Assembly: GCA_040756875.1 (NCBI GenBank)
Contig: JBFLYH010000003.1
Span: 295,073 to 359,072 of the forward strand
DNA length: 64,000 nt
Direction: 5' to 3'
Origin: a candidate division FCPU426 bacterium
GTDB taxonomy: Bacteria > Oederibacteriota > JAAXVQ01 > JAUVAV01
In this document: in pieces, positions 22,777 to 39,772 of the stretch
Layout: each line of letters opens with the position of its first letter
Position numbering within the stretch: the first letter of the stretch is position 1
Made by a program: the position numbers and the translations under genes
Notes under the pieces: model-generated
Database searches by the model: none
What the model was told of the DNA's origin: nothing
The model's input: only the letters and a program-made list of their open reading frames with translations

Positions 22777-22789
22777 GCCTTGTCTCCGC

Positions 22790-23698
22790 TTAGTCTTTCA
22801 GGTATTTTACGGGATCGACTGGAATGCCGTTGAGGCGTATTTCGAAGTGCAGGTGCGGAGCAGTGGAACGTCCGGTATTGCCTAAAAAGCCGATCACCTG
22901 GCCACGGCGGACCCGCTGGCCGGCATTGACCAGCTGCCGGCTCAAATGCCCGTAGCGGGTGGAAAACCCGTAACCATGGTCGAGGATCGCCAGTTTGCCG
23001 TAGCCGCCTTCCCAACCCGAGTACGTGACCACGCCGTCAGCCGGCGCTTTGATGGAGGTTCCCTCTTCATTGGCAATGTCGATTCCCTGGTGGAACAGTG
23101 TTCCGTCCTGGAATGGCGACTGGCGCATTCCAAAACGGGAGGTGATCCAACCGCGGACCGGCCAGGAGGTGGGACGGGAGGCCATGACCGAACGCTGGGT
23201 GGCGATGTATTTCTTCATTTCCTGGTAGGTTTCCAGGCGCTCTTCGGCGTCCTTTTTAAGGAAGTTGAGGCTTTGGTTGAATTCTTTCTGGGTCAGGCTG
23301 GCCTTTTGATTCAACGTCCGCATCAGGTTGAGCTGATCGGCCATGGTCGGTCCGCCTTCACCTGTATATTTAAAAAGTTCGTTTTTGCTTTGCATTTTCA
23401 GCATGGCACGGAGTTCGTTTTCCATCTTGGCCACCCGCTGAAAAGCTTCGTGGGTATTGGCCAATTCCTGTGCGAAAAATGCGTTTTTCTCGGCCAGTTG
23501 GACATTGGCGCGTTTGGTCAGCTGATAATCCAGATGGCGGGTAAGAACGTATGAGGAAGAACCTACCAGGCCAATAATTGCCAATCCCAGAATCAGCATC
23601 AAGGAGTGTGATATCCGCATCGAAAATACGTTGCTTTCATCGTGCGGTACCAGCATGAGGGTGAAGTAACGTTTTTGTTTGCCGGGTTTCTTTGCCAT
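22790..23698 (-). CDS. membrane-anchored M23 (LytM-type) metallopeptidase with coiled-coil linker, 302 aa
   Basis: N-terminal TM segment. 'HQGIDIA...' and 'GNTGRSTAPHLHFEIRLNG' are M23 zinc-ligand motifs. Confidence 0.9.
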   Translation of the reverse strand: MAKKPGKQKRYFTLMLVPHDESNVFSMRISHSLMLILGLAIIGLVGSSSYVLTRHLDYQLTKRANVQLAEKNAFFAQELANTHEAFQRVAKMENELRAMLKMQSKNELFKYTGEGGPTMADQLNLMRTLNQKASLTQKEFNQSLNFLKKDAEERLETYQEMKKYIATQRSVMASRPTSWPVRGWITSRFGMRQSPFQDGTLFHQGIDIANEEGTSIKAPADGVVTYSGWEGGYGKLAILDHGYGFSTRYGHLSRQLVNAGQRVRRGQVIGFLGNTGRSTAPHLHFEIRLNGIPVDPVKYLKD

Positions 23699-23740
23699 TG
23701 TTTCACCTAAAGAAAGTCTCGGTCTAGAGCCGCAAATCTT

Positions 23741-23769
23741 AATATACCAATTTTAGCAAAATCCGTCAA
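23741..23769 (-). promoter_or_regulatory. sigma70-like promoter TTGACG-17 nt-TATATT driving M23-bactofilin-gltX-tRNA-Gln
   Basis: Minus-strand reading: TTGACG (23769-23764), 17-nt spacer, TATATT (23746-23741), about 40 nt upstream of ATG 23698. AT-rich context. Confidence 0.55.
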
Positions 23770-23839
23770 CTATTTTGTCAGTATTTTTGTTTTGTGTCAG
23801 AATAATTTTCACTGGACGCTCATGATAGGCGAAAAACGC

Positions 23840-24709
23840 TTATCCCAAAAGGGCCAATATACGGTCCAGATCTTCCAAGGAATAATATTCAATTTCAATA
23901 CGCCCTTTATGAGCGTTGCGAGGAACGACTTTGACCTGCGTTCCCAATTTTCGGCGCAATTCCTCTTCCAAATGACGGGTATGCGGGTCTTTAATTTCCA
24001 TACGCTTGGCGCTTTTACCTTTGCCAGGCCGGACTGGTTTCAACCCCTGCGCCAATTGCTCGGCTTCCCGCACGGAGAGGTTGTCACGGACGATTTTTTC
24101 CGCCAGCCTTTGTCTGACGTCCTCCTCGCCCACGGCCAGCAATGCCCGGCCATGGCCTTCGCTGAGCGAGCCTTTGCGCATCATATCCAAAATCGGTTCG
24201 GACAACTGCAGCAGGCGGAGGGTGTTGGCCACCGAGGACCGGTCTTTGCCTATTTTCTTGGCCAATTCCTCCTGCGTCAGTTCAAACTGGGTCAGCAGCT
24301 GGTTAAAGGCCACGGCTTCTTCCACCGGATTCAGGTCTTCCCGCTGGATGTTTTCCACCAGGGCCAATTCCAGGCTCTCGGTGTCGCTGAGGTCCCGAAT
24401 GACCACCGGCACCTGGGCCAGACCGGCCAATTTGGCGGCCCGCAAACGGCGTTCGCCGGCCACCAGTTCATAGGCCCCTTCGCCGCGCGGGCGAACCAGG
24501 ATCGGTTGTACGATGCCGTTTTCCCGAATGGAAGCCGCCAGTTCCTCCAACTCGTGGGGAACGAAATCCTGGCGGGGTTGATGGGGATTGGGAACGATAC
24601 GATCGATGGAAACTTCGGTCGGCGTCGAAACAGCGGCCGCTGTCCCGTCCACGTCGCCGGGAACGGGAATCAACGCTTCAAGCCCTTTTCCCAATGCCTG
24701 TCTGCTCAT
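23840..24709 (-). CDS. parB: chromosome partitioning protein ParB/Spo0J, 289 aa
   Basis: 'ALGKGLEALIP', 'IVPNPHQPR', 'GIVQPILVR', 'ELVAGERRLRAAKLAG'. Confidence 0.95.
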   Translation of the reverse strand: MSRQALGKGLEALIPVPGDVDGTAAAVSTPTEVSIDRIVPNPHQPRQDFVPHELEELAASIRENGIVQPILVRPRGEGAYELVAGERRLRAAKLAGLAQVPVVIRDLSDTESLELALVENIQREDLNPVEEAVAFNQLLTQFELTQEELAKKIGKDRSSVANTLRLLQLSEPILDMMRKGSLSEGHGRALLAVGEEDVRQRLAEKIVRDNLSVREAEQLAQGLKPVRPGKGKSAKRMEIKDPHTRHLEEELRRKLGTQVKVVPRNAHKGRIEIEYYSLEDLDRILALLG

Positions 24710-24759
24710 ATGGCCAACGCCCCTTTGTCAAAAATGTTCGTCGGAGTGTCGAAAATCGC

Positions 24760-25563
24760 CTAGACTTCCGCCCGCTGGACTTCGCCCGAAGCGGCGACCG
24801 TTTCGTTGCGTGCGACGAGTTCCTCGGCCAGGCGCACATAGGCCAAGGCTCCGGGACAGCGGCTGTCGTATTGCATGATCGGTTTGCCGAAGCTCGGGGC
24901 TTCCGACAACTTGACATTGCGCGGGATAACCGTTTCGTAAACCTTGCTCTGGAAGCGCTTTTTAATTTCCTGGATGACTTGCACGGTCAGGTTCGTGCGC
25001 AGGTCGCACATGGTCAGGAGCACGCCTTCAATCCGCAAATCCGGGTTAAGGCCGTTCTTCACCAGAATGATGGTCCGCAGCAGCTGCCCAACCCCGTCCA
25101 GGGCATAGAACTCGCCCTGTATCGGAATCAGCACCGTGGCGGCAGCGGTCAAGGTGTTGATGGTTAGCAGCCCCAGGGAGGGGGGGCAATCGATCAAAAT
25201 ATAGTCGTATTGCTGACGCACCGCATTGATGCCCTGCCGAAGCCGGGTCTCCCGGGCAATGACATTGACCAATTCGATTTCCGCGCCTGACAACTGGATA
25301 TTCGCCGGGGCCAAGTCCAGGTTGGGCACTTCGGTTTTGACGATCACTTCGTTGAACGGCTTGCGGCCGATCAGAACGTCGTAAATGCTGGTCTGCAATT
25401 TTTCCTTGTCGAACCCGAGTCCGACGGTGGTATTGCCCTGGGGATCGATGTCGATGAGGAGGATTTTCTTGCCGAGGGAGGCCAACCCTGCGCCGAGATT
25501 GATGGTCGTGGTGGTTTTTCCCACCCCGCCCTTTTGATTGGCAATGGCAATAACCTTGCTCAT
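24760..25563 (-). CDS. parA: ParA/Soj partitioning ATPase, 267 aa
   Basis: Deviant Walker A 'IANQKGGVGKTTTTINL' and 'ILIDCPPSLG'. Confidence 0.95.
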   Translation of the reverse strand: MSKVIAIANQKGGVGKTTTTINLGAGLASLGKKILLIDIDPQGNTTVGLGFDKEKLQTSIYDVLIGRKPFNEVIVKTEVPNLDLAPANIQLSGAEIELVNVIARETRLRQGINAVRQQYDYILIDCPPSLGLLTINTLTAAATVLIPIQGEFYALDGVGQLLRTIILVKNGLNPDLRIEGVLLTMCDLRTNLTVQVIQEIKKRFQSKVYETVIPRNVKLSEAPSFGKPIMQYDSRCPGALAYVRLAEELVARNETVAASGEVQRAEV

Positions 25564-25670
25564 AAACCTTCCGTGGTCCTATTCATTAGGTCTGCGGGCG
25601 TCCGACAGGATTGGTCCGGTCGCAAAAGGTCAGAATTATCACAGCCTCCGTGGATTGTAAAGCAAATAAT

Positions 25671-26090
25671 CTAGTGGTTGGGCGTCGATTCCAAAAAACG
25701 TTCGATGTCCTCGCCCAGCTGAAACGGATCGAAGGGCTTGGTAAAATAACCGGCCGCGCCCACCGTGCGCCCGCGTTCGATATCCACGGAATTATTGCGG
25801 ACCGTAAGAAAAACCACGGGCGTGTCGCGGTGGACCGGGTGTTGTTTGATGCGCCGGCAGACCTCGAAACCGTCGATGTCCGGCATCATGACATCCAGCA
25901 AAATCAGATCCGGCCGGCTGGTTTCAAGCATCTCCAGGGCGGCGGTGCCGGATACGGCCTCCAGCACCTTGATTTTTTTCAGATTCAGGCTGCGATGGAT
26001 CAGCATGATGATATCCGGTTCGTCTTCCACCACCAACACGCACTTTTTAGCCGGGGTTTTCGGATCAGAAGCGGGTTTGGGTTTTCCCAT
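25671..26090 (-). CDS. single-domain CheY-like response regulator, 139 aa
   Basis: 'VLVVEDEPD', 'DLILLDVMMPDIDG' (phospho-acceptor Asp) and 'YFTKPF'. No output domain. Confidence 0.85.
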   Translation of the reverse strand: MGKPKPASDPKTPAKKCVLVVEDEPDIIMLIHRSLNLKKIKVLEAVSGTAALEMLETSRPDLILLDVMMPDIDGFEVCRRIKQHPVHRDTPVVFLTVRNNSVDIERGRTVGAAGYFTKPFDPFQLGEDIERFLESTPNH

Positions 26091-26304
26091 GTATCGCGTC
26101 TCCGGAATATCGGCTGCCAGCCGCAGAAAAGAAGTATATCATAATTTCATGCATTGCAAGCGAACAAAAACGCCGCGGCGGCACGCCTTCCCATTCAAAT
26201 ACAACTTTTCGTGCATTAAAACCGGCTTTCGTCAGTCCAATCAATCAGGCTTCGCGTCGGGCAGTCGCGAAAAGCAATAACCACGTCCTCAGGGGAGGTC
26301 CGCC

Positions 26305-27858
26305 ATGTTCGCTCGCGCGTTCAGCAGCGCTTTATGGGGCATTGCCGCCAAGCTGGTGCAGGTGGAGGTGGATGTCCGGGTCGGTCTGCCGGGATTTACC
26401 ATCGTGGGATTGCCGGACACCGCGGTTAAGGAAAGCCGCGACCGCGTGACCGCGGCCCTGAAAAACGCCGAACTGGTGCTGCCGCCGCGGCGCATCACCG
26501 TCAATCTGGCGCCGGCCGACCTGCGCAAGGAAGGGCCGACTTACGATTTGCCGATTGCCTTGGCCTTGTTGGCCGCTTCCGGGCAACTGGAGCCGTCCTG
26601 CCTGGACGACCACTTGATTTTCGGGGAACTGTCGCTTGACGGCCGCGTCTGTCCGGTCCGCGGCGCCCTGTCATTCGCCGCCGCGGCCAAACCGCACGGT
26701 TTCCGGCGTATTCTGCTGCCAGCCGACAACGCCGACGAAGCCGGCGTGCTGGCGGACGGCGAGCTTTATCCCGTCCGCACGCTGCCGGAGGCTGTGGAGC
26801 ATTTGAGCGGCCGTCAGCGGCTGGAAGCTTTTTCGCTGGATTGGACTTCCGCGTTTCAAGCGGCGAACACCTATGCCGTGGATTTCAGCGAAGTGCGCAG
26901 CCAGCTGCAGGCCAAACGCGCGTTGGAAGTCGCCGCGGCCGGAGGCCACAACGTGCTGCTGATCGGGCCGCCGGGCAGCGGCAAGACCATGCTGACCCAA
27001 CGGCTGCCGACCATCCTGCCCGACCTGACCCTGGCCGAAGCCCTGGAAACCACCCAGCTTTACAGCTTGCACGGCTTGCTGCCGCCCCGCAGTACGCTGA
27101 TGCAGCAGAGACCTTTCCGCGCCCCGCACCACACGGTCAGCGACATCGCCCTGATAGGCGGCGGAGCTTTTCCCCGGCCGGGCGAAGTTTCGCTCGCGCA
27201 CAACGGCGTCCTGTTTTTGGACGAACTGCCGGAGTTTTCCAAGCACGCCCTGGAAGTGCTCCGCCAGCCTTTGGAGGAACGGCAGGTGACGATTTCGCGC
27301 ACAGCCGCGGCCGTCACTTATCCGGCGCGTTTCATGCTGATCGCGGCCATGAACCCCTGCCCCTGCGGATACTACACGGATCCGCACAAAGAGTGTTCGT
27401 GCACCTACCCTCAAATCCATAAATACCTGAGCAAAATTTCCGGCCCGCTGCTGGACCGCTTTGATCTGCATCTGGAAGTCCCGGCCGTCAAGTATCAGGA
27501 GCTGGCCGGGTCCCTGGAACCCGAGTCCTCGGCCCAGATCCGCAGCCGGGTCATGGCCGGCCGCGCCTGCCAGCGGGAACGCTACGCTTCGCACCCCGAA
27601 GTGCTGGTCAACGCCCATTTGACGCCCCGCCTGATCCGCCAGTTCTGCCGCCTGGAAGCGGACGGCCAACAGCTGCTCCGGGCCGCGCTGGACCGCCTCG
27701 GCCTCTCGGCCCGAGGTTACCACCGCATCCTCAAGGTCGCCCGGACCATCGCAGACCTGGCTGGCAGCGAGTCCATCATGGCCGCCCACGTGGCCGAAGC
27801 CATTCAATACCGTGCCTTGGACCGGCGTTTTTTCGGCCGGACGCCGGCCTGGCGGTGA
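26305..27858 (+). CDS. comM: YifB/ComM family Mg-chelatase-like AAA+ ATPase, 517 aa
   Basis: 'GLPDTAVKESRDRV', Walker A 'GPPGSGKTM', 'VLFLDELPEF', C-terminal 'SARGYHRILKVARTIADL'. AGGGGAGG lies upstream of the ATG. Confidence 0.9.
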   Translation: MFARAFSSALWGIAAKLVQVEVDVRVGLPGFTIVGLPDTAVKESRDRVTAALKNAELVLPPRRITVNLAPADLRKEGPTYDLPIALALLAASGQLEPSCLDDHLIFGELSLDGRVCPVRGALSFAAAAKPHGFRRILLPADNADEAGVLADGELYPVRTLPEAVEHLSGRQRLEAFSLDWTSAFQAANTYAVDFSEVRSQLQAKRALEVAAAGGHNVLLIGPPGSGKTMLTQRLPTILPDLTLAEALETTQLYSLHGLLPPRSTLMQQRPFRAPHHTVSDIALIGGGAFPRPGEVSLAHNGVLFLDELPEFSKHALEVLRQPLEERQVTISRTAAAVTYPARFMLIAAMNPCPCGYYTDPHKECSCTYPQIHKYLSKISGPLLDRFDLHLEVPAVKYQELAGSLEPESSAQIRSRVMAGRACQRERYASHPEVLVNAHLTPRLIRQFCRLEADGQQLLRAALDRLGLSARGYHRILKVARTIADLAGSESIMAAHVAEAIQYRALDRRFFGRTPAWR

Positions 27859-30247
27859 CCGGCTCAAACCCGGTCCGGACGCTCGGCCTGCGAAGGAGAT
27901 TGACACCCAGGGTTGCCTACCCTATGATGAGGGGGCTTCACGGGCTGGGCCCGAATTCCCGACTATCCACAGGATACCCGTCGTTTATGGCCACTCTGTC
28001 CCCGTCACTTTCCACCGAAAGCCGCGTGATTCGCATCTGCGACCGGATCATGGAATTTTTGCTCTACTTGGTTTATTTCCTGATCCCGATTTTTTTCATC
28101 ATTTTAACGCGCGACCAGTTCGAACTGCCCAAATTGGCGTTGTTCCGCATGCTTACCTGCTTGATGCTGGCCACCTGGGGAATACGGCTCCTGGCCAGCC
28201 GCGAATGGCGCTTTCAGGCCACTCCCCTGGCCCTTCCGCTCCTGGCCTGGATACTGTTGCAACTGCTGACCGCGGTGGTTTCGGTTTCCGGTTACGTTTC
28301 CTACCGGGGCGAGTATGAAAATTTCAGAGGACTCCTGACCGTCCTCAACTACCCCATCCTTTTCTACCTGCTGGTCCATTTTTTACGGACCCGGCAGCAA
28401 ATCAACCGCTTGTTTTTCGTTACCCTGCTGGCCGGTCTGGTCATCACCGCCTACGGCATCGCCCAATTTTTCGGCCTGGACTTCATTGCCTGGAACCCGA
28501 CCTCCATCGCTCCGGGACGGTACTTCTCCACCCTGGGCAATCCGAATTTCCTGGCGGCCTATCTGGCCATGGTGCTGCCCTGGACCATCGTGTTTTTCAT
28601 CGAGACCCAGTCGACCTTCAGGCGCGTTCTGCTGTTCGTCAGTTTTGTGGTGATGTTTTTCGCCCTGCTGGGCACCTGGAGCCGCGGCGGATTCCTCGGT
28701 CTGATCGCCGCCCTGGCCGTGCTGGCGGGGTTCGGCCTCTGGCGCGGATTTACCTGGCTGCGTCAGCAACCGGTGGCAGCCGCAGCCCTGCGCCAATCCC
28801 TTCCCGGCTTTCGCATTTGGCTGGCGCTGCTGGGGCTGGCCCTGGCCACCCTGATCACGCTCTCCCTGACTTTCGGCCGCCACCACATGCTGCGCATGGC
28901 GGACACCATCCTGCACTTCCCGGCCGCGGTCAAGGTTTCCCGTCTCCATATTTGGGGTCCGGCGCTGGGCATGATCCGTGACTACCCGGTTTTAGGCACG
29001 GGTCTGGATACGTTCAAAACCGTTTTCCCCCGCTACGCCACACCCGCCTTCGCGGCCATCGACGGTGCCAATGTATCGTCCCGCACGGCCCACAACGAAA
29101 TCCTGCAGGTTCTGGCCACGCAGGGCGTGGTGGGATTAGCCGTGGTGATCTGGCTGACCGTGGCCATGGCCTGGTGGTGGTGGCGTGCTTACCGGCGGCC
29201 GGGAGCCAGCGGAAGGGACCGCTTGCTGCTGGTTGGCGTGCTGGCCACCTGGACGGCCTACTCTGTCCAGAACCTGTTTTCCTTCGGCGTGGTGTCGATC
29301 GACTCGTTATATTGGCTGTTGCCGGCAGTGGTCGTCCTCTTGCTGAAAACGCCCGACGAACAAGCGCAGTCCGCCTTGCCCCAGGCGCCTGCCGCCAAAC
29401 CCGGCCGGGTCTGGCAGGTCCTGCAGACATTCCAAATGCCCCTGGCCCTGTTGGTGGTGGCCGCTGCCCTGACCGGGGTGTGGATGAATTATCGCGCCGC
29501 CTTGGCGGACTATGCCTATAATCTGGGAACCATTTATCGCATGCAGAACAACCTGAATTACTGCCTGCGGGCCTTTGCCACGGCCAGCCGACTGGTGCCG
29601 ACCGAGGTGAAGTACATCGTTTATGAAGGGCTGGCCTACGAGGAAATGGTGCGCACGGTGCCGCCGGACCGCCAGCTGCCGCTGATCCAACAAGCCCTGG
29701 CCCTGTATCGACGCGGCGTGGAGATGAACCCCACCAATGCCTATTACCTCGGGAACCTCGGCCGTGCCTATTCACTGGCCGCGGCCGTGGATCCCCAAAA
29801 CCAGGACTATTTCAACCAGGCGGTGCGCTACTTCCGGGAAGCGGTCCATTATGCGCCGGTGACCGTGCTTTTTTATCAGAATTTGGGCATGACGTATTTA
29901 GTGCACGGCGAATTGGAAAAATTCAAGGAAGTGGCCAAGCAGCTCGCGGGATTTGACCCTAAAGAAGCCGCGGGCCTGGTTTTCAGCGGAGCCAACCAGC
30001 TTTACAACCAGAACCGGCCGGACATGGCCTTGCCTCTCTATCAGCTGGCCCTGGAATACAAGCCTGATTACGCGGAGGCGCATTTCAACCTGGGCGTGGC
30101 GTACGCGCGCACCGGCCGTATCCTCGAAGCCCTGGCCGAATGGCGCCGGGTTTTGGAATTGCGCCCTGACTTCACCCCTGCGCAGGAAATGCTCAAGCGT
30201 TACGCGGCGCCCGGCTCCGCGGCGCCCAGCCAGTCCATTTTAAACCC

Positions 30248-30251
<4 letters not shown>
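27855..30251 (+). CDS. O-antigen ligase/Wzy_C-like polytopic membrane protein fused to C-terminal TPR repeats (up to 798 aa)
   Basis: About 12 hydrophobic segments with 'LLGTWSRGGFLGLIAALAVL', plus an external loop 'HIWGPALGMIRDYPVLGTGLDTF...RTAHNEILQ'. The C-terminal ~250 aa are TPR-like. Start uncertain: GTG 27855 overlaps the comM stop; ATGs occur at 27924, 27986 and 28050. Confidence 0.7.
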
Positions 30252-33733
<3,482 letters not shown>

Positions 33734-33742
33734 AGGGCATTC

Positions 33743-34192
33743 TCAAAACGCGGATCCTATGATTTGCAGGACGACACGGCGTTCGCGGGGCCGCCGATCA
33801 TGGTCGATCACCACTGCCTGCTGCCAGGTACCCAGCACCAGTTCCCCGTTCACGACCGGCACGGTCAGGGAGGGCCCGATGAGCGCTGCGCGCAGATGGG
33901 AGGCGCCATTGCCGTCGCCCCAGGTGCGGTTGTGCCGCCAGTCCCGCTGGGCGGGCATCAATTCCTCCAGGAGCGCCGGAAGATCTTCCAGCAAGCCGGG
34001 TTCGTATTCCAGCGTGGTGACCGAGGCGGTGGCGCCTGGCACGAACACCACGGCCTGGCCTTCCTTGACGCCGCTGCCGGCCACCAGGGCGCGCAGGGCG
34101 TCGGTCACGTCCAGGACGTGGTCATGCCCCTGCGTGGAGAGGGCCAGTTCCCGGGTGACGACTTTCCAGGCGCTTTCTGAGAATTTAGGCAT
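33743..34192 (-). CDS. YjbQ/UPF0047 family protein (secondary thiamine-phosphate synthase-like), 149 aa
   Basis: 'HVLDVTD...', 'VFVPGATASVTTLEYEPGLLEDL' and 'GNGASHLRAALIGPSLTVPV' fit the YjbQ pattern. ATG 34192 is preceded by GGGTGA; the ORF-track start 34201 is a GTG. Confidence 0.75.
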   Translation of the reverse strand: MPKFSESAWKVVTRELALSTQGHDHVLDVTDALRALVAGSGVKEGQAVVFVPGATASVTTLEYEPGLLEDLPALLEELMPAQRDWRHNRTWGDGNGASHLRAALIGPSLTVPVVNGELVLGTWQQAVVIDHDRRPRERRVVLQIIGSAF

Positions 34193-34291
34193 ACTGTTCA
34201 CCCATTCAAAGCACGAACAGGTGAGCAGGTGAATAGGTGACCGCAGGCTTACTTCTCTTCCTGTTCCCCTGATCCCCTGTTCGCCTGCTCT

Positions 34292-34337
34292 AGCAACGAT
34301 AGAATGGGAATAAGGTCATTCCCATTCTATCGTTGCT
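34292..34337 (-). other. perfect 20-bp inverted repeat with 6-nt loop, spanning the guaA stop codon
   Basis: AGCAACGATAGAATGGGAAT-aaggtc-ATTCCCATTCTATCGTTGCT. The right arm encodes the conserved GuaA C-terminus (...TIEWE). No U-tract follows on the minus strand. Confidence 0.85.
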
Positions 34338-35863
34338 GGTGGTTTGGAGGAGATGTCGAGCGCAACCCGGTTGACGCCCCGCACCTCGTTGATGATGCGG
34401 TTGGACACGCGGCCCAGCAGGTCCTGGGGTAAATAAGCCCAATCCGCGGTCATGGCGTCCTTGCTGGTCACGGCGCGCAAGGCCACGACGTTTTCATAGG
34501 TCCGCTCGTCGCCCATGACACCCACGGTCTTCACGGGCAGCAGGACCGCGAACGCCTGCCAGAGTTTGCGGTACTGTCCGGCTTTTTTAATCTCCTGCAG
34601 GAAAATGGCGTCCGCCTTGCGGACCAATTCCAAACGTTCGGGGGTGATTTCGCCCAGAATGCGTACCGCCAGGCCCGGGCCGGGAAATGGATGCCGCCAA
34701 ACCATGTCCTCGGGCAGTCCCAGCTCCAGGCCGACACGTCGCACTTCATCCTTGAACAGTTCGCGCAGCGGCTCCACCAGCTGGAAACGCATTTTTTCAG
34801 GCAACCCGCCCACGTTGTGGTGGGATTTGATCGTGGCCGACGGCCCTTTGACCGAAACGCTTTCGATCACGTCGGGATAGATGGTGCCCTGGGCCAAAAA
34901 GTCGAACTGCCCGAGTTTCTCCGAAGCCTGTTCAAACACTTCGATGAAGGTGGCGCCGATGCGCTTGCGTTTTTCCTCGGGGTCCGTGACGCCGGCAAGC
35001 GCGTCCAGGAATTCCCGGGTCGCGTCCACCACCTCCAAATTCATGTCGTAATTTTTCCTGAACAGCTGGATGATCGCGTCCGCCTCGCCCGCCCGCAGCA
35101 GGCCGTTGTCGATCAGCATGCAGGTCAGCTGGCGGCCGATGGCTTTGTGCAGCAGGACCGCGGCTACGGCCGAATCCACCCCTCCGGAAAGCCCCAACAG
35201 TACTTTGCGCTTTCCCACCTGCCCGCGGATGCGCTCCACGGTTTCTTCGATGAACGAAGCCGAAGTCCACGACCCACGGCACCCGCAGACGCCGTAGAGA
35301 AAATTCCTCAGGATCGCCATGCCTTCGGCCGTATGCTCCACTTCGGGATGAAACTGCAATCCGAATATTTTCCGCCTCTCGTCGGCAATCGCGGCCATGG
35401 GCGCGTTTTGGGTTTTGGCCGCGATTTGAAACCCTTCAGGCAAATTCGCCAGCCGGTCGCCATGGCTCATCCATACCTGGCTCTTGCGGCCGAGATTGCG
35501 AAACAGAGGGCTGTCGCCGACGACTTCCAATTCGGCGAATCCGAACTCCCGGTGGTCCGAAGGCTCCACCTTGCCGCCCAGCAGGTGCCCGATCAGCTGC
35601 ATGCCATAGCAGATACCGAGGACCGGCACGCCCATTGCCAGCACTTCCGCCGGTATCAGGGGCGAATCAGCCGCATAGACCGACGCCGGGCCTCCGGAAA
35701 GCACCAGACCTTTGGGGGCCAGGGCCCGAATCCGGTCCAGCGGCAGGCGGAAAGGGTGGATTTCGCAATAGATGTTCAGCTCGCGGATGCGCCGCGCGAT
35801 CAGCTGGGTGTACTGGGAGCCAAAGTCCAGAATGAGGATAAAGTCCTGGTGCGACGCTTGCAT
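34316..35863 (-). CDS. guaA: GMP synthase (glutamine-hydrolysing), 515 aa
   Basis: GATase '[20 protein letters not shown]', 'GICYGMQL', ATP-PPase '[10 protein letters not shown]', C-terminal 'PPATIEWE'. Confidence 0.97.
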   Translation of the reverse strand: MQASHQDFILILDFGSQYTQLIARRIRELNIYCEIHPFRLPLDRIRALAPKGLVLSGGPASVYAADSPLIPAEVLAMGVPVLGICYGMQLIGHLLGGKVEPSDHREFGFAELEVVGDSPLFRNLGRKSQVWMSHGDRLANLPEGFQIAAKTQNAPMAAIADERRKIFGLQFHPEVEHTAEGMAILRNFLYGVCGCRGSWTSASFIEETVERIRGQVGKRKVLLGLSGGVDSAVAAVLLHKAIGRQLTCMLIDNGLLRAGEADAIIQLFRKNYDMNLEVVDATREFLDALAGVTDPEEKRKRIGATFIEVFEQASEKLGQFDFLAQGTIYPDVIESVSVKGPSATIKSHHNVGGLPEKMRFQLVEPLRELFKDEVRRVGLELGLPEDMVWRHPFPGPGLAVRILGEITPERLELVRKADAIFLQEIKKAGQYRKLWQAFAVLLPVKTVGVMGDERTYENVVALRAVTSKDAMTADWAYLPQDLLGRVSNRIINEVRGVNRVALDISSKPPATIEWE

Positions 35864-35997
35864 GAGTCACCTCGTCAGGCATTGGAAAAAAAGAACCACA
35901 GAGGTCACTGAGGAGTTTTAGGCCAACTTCCAGCCCGATCGACCTCTGCGTCCTCTGTGGTGCTTTGATTATCTCGTCCCGTCCGCTCCGGCCGGGC

Positions 35998-37554
<1,557 letters not shown>

Positions 37555-37575
37555 TCAGGGTCTTTAGAAGTGCCG

Positions 37576-37604
37576 ATATTAGCAAAAGGCCTTGTAAAAG
37601 TCAA
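37576..37604 (-). promoter_or_regulatory. sigma70-like promoter TTGACT-17 nt-TAATAT upstream of guaB
   Basis: Minus-strand reading: TTGACT (37604-37599), 17-nt spacer, TAATAT (37581-37576). It lies just downstream of the groEL terminator and leaves a ~100-nt leader. Confidence 0.55.
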
Positions 37605-37617
37605 GCAGCGCATCCTT

Positions 37618-37656
37618 AAAAACAAAGCCGGGCAGGGTTTTCGCACCTGCCCGGCT
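37618..37656 (-). terminator. rho-independent terminator of groES-groEL
   Basis: 11-bp stem AGCCGGGCAGG/CCTGCCCGGCT with a 9-nt loop, followed on the minus strand by UUGUUUUU. It lies 32 nt after the groEL stop. Confidence 0.8.
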
Positions 37657-37687
37657 TGGCTTTACTTGAACCGTTCCTATCCAGCTT

Positions 37688-39772
<2,085 letters not shown>

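Noticed and set aside
23699-26304. Search for a parS site (TGTTNCACGTGAAACA) around parAB
   Set aside because: No convincing match was found by eye. The few CACGTG cores seen in the window (e.g. near 7097, 18476, 53551) lack the flanking consensus.
26671-27906. 411-aa minus-strand ORF
   Set aside because: It is antisense to the well-supported comM gene. The sequence is low-complexity (R/G/A-rich), and it has no SD and no motifs.
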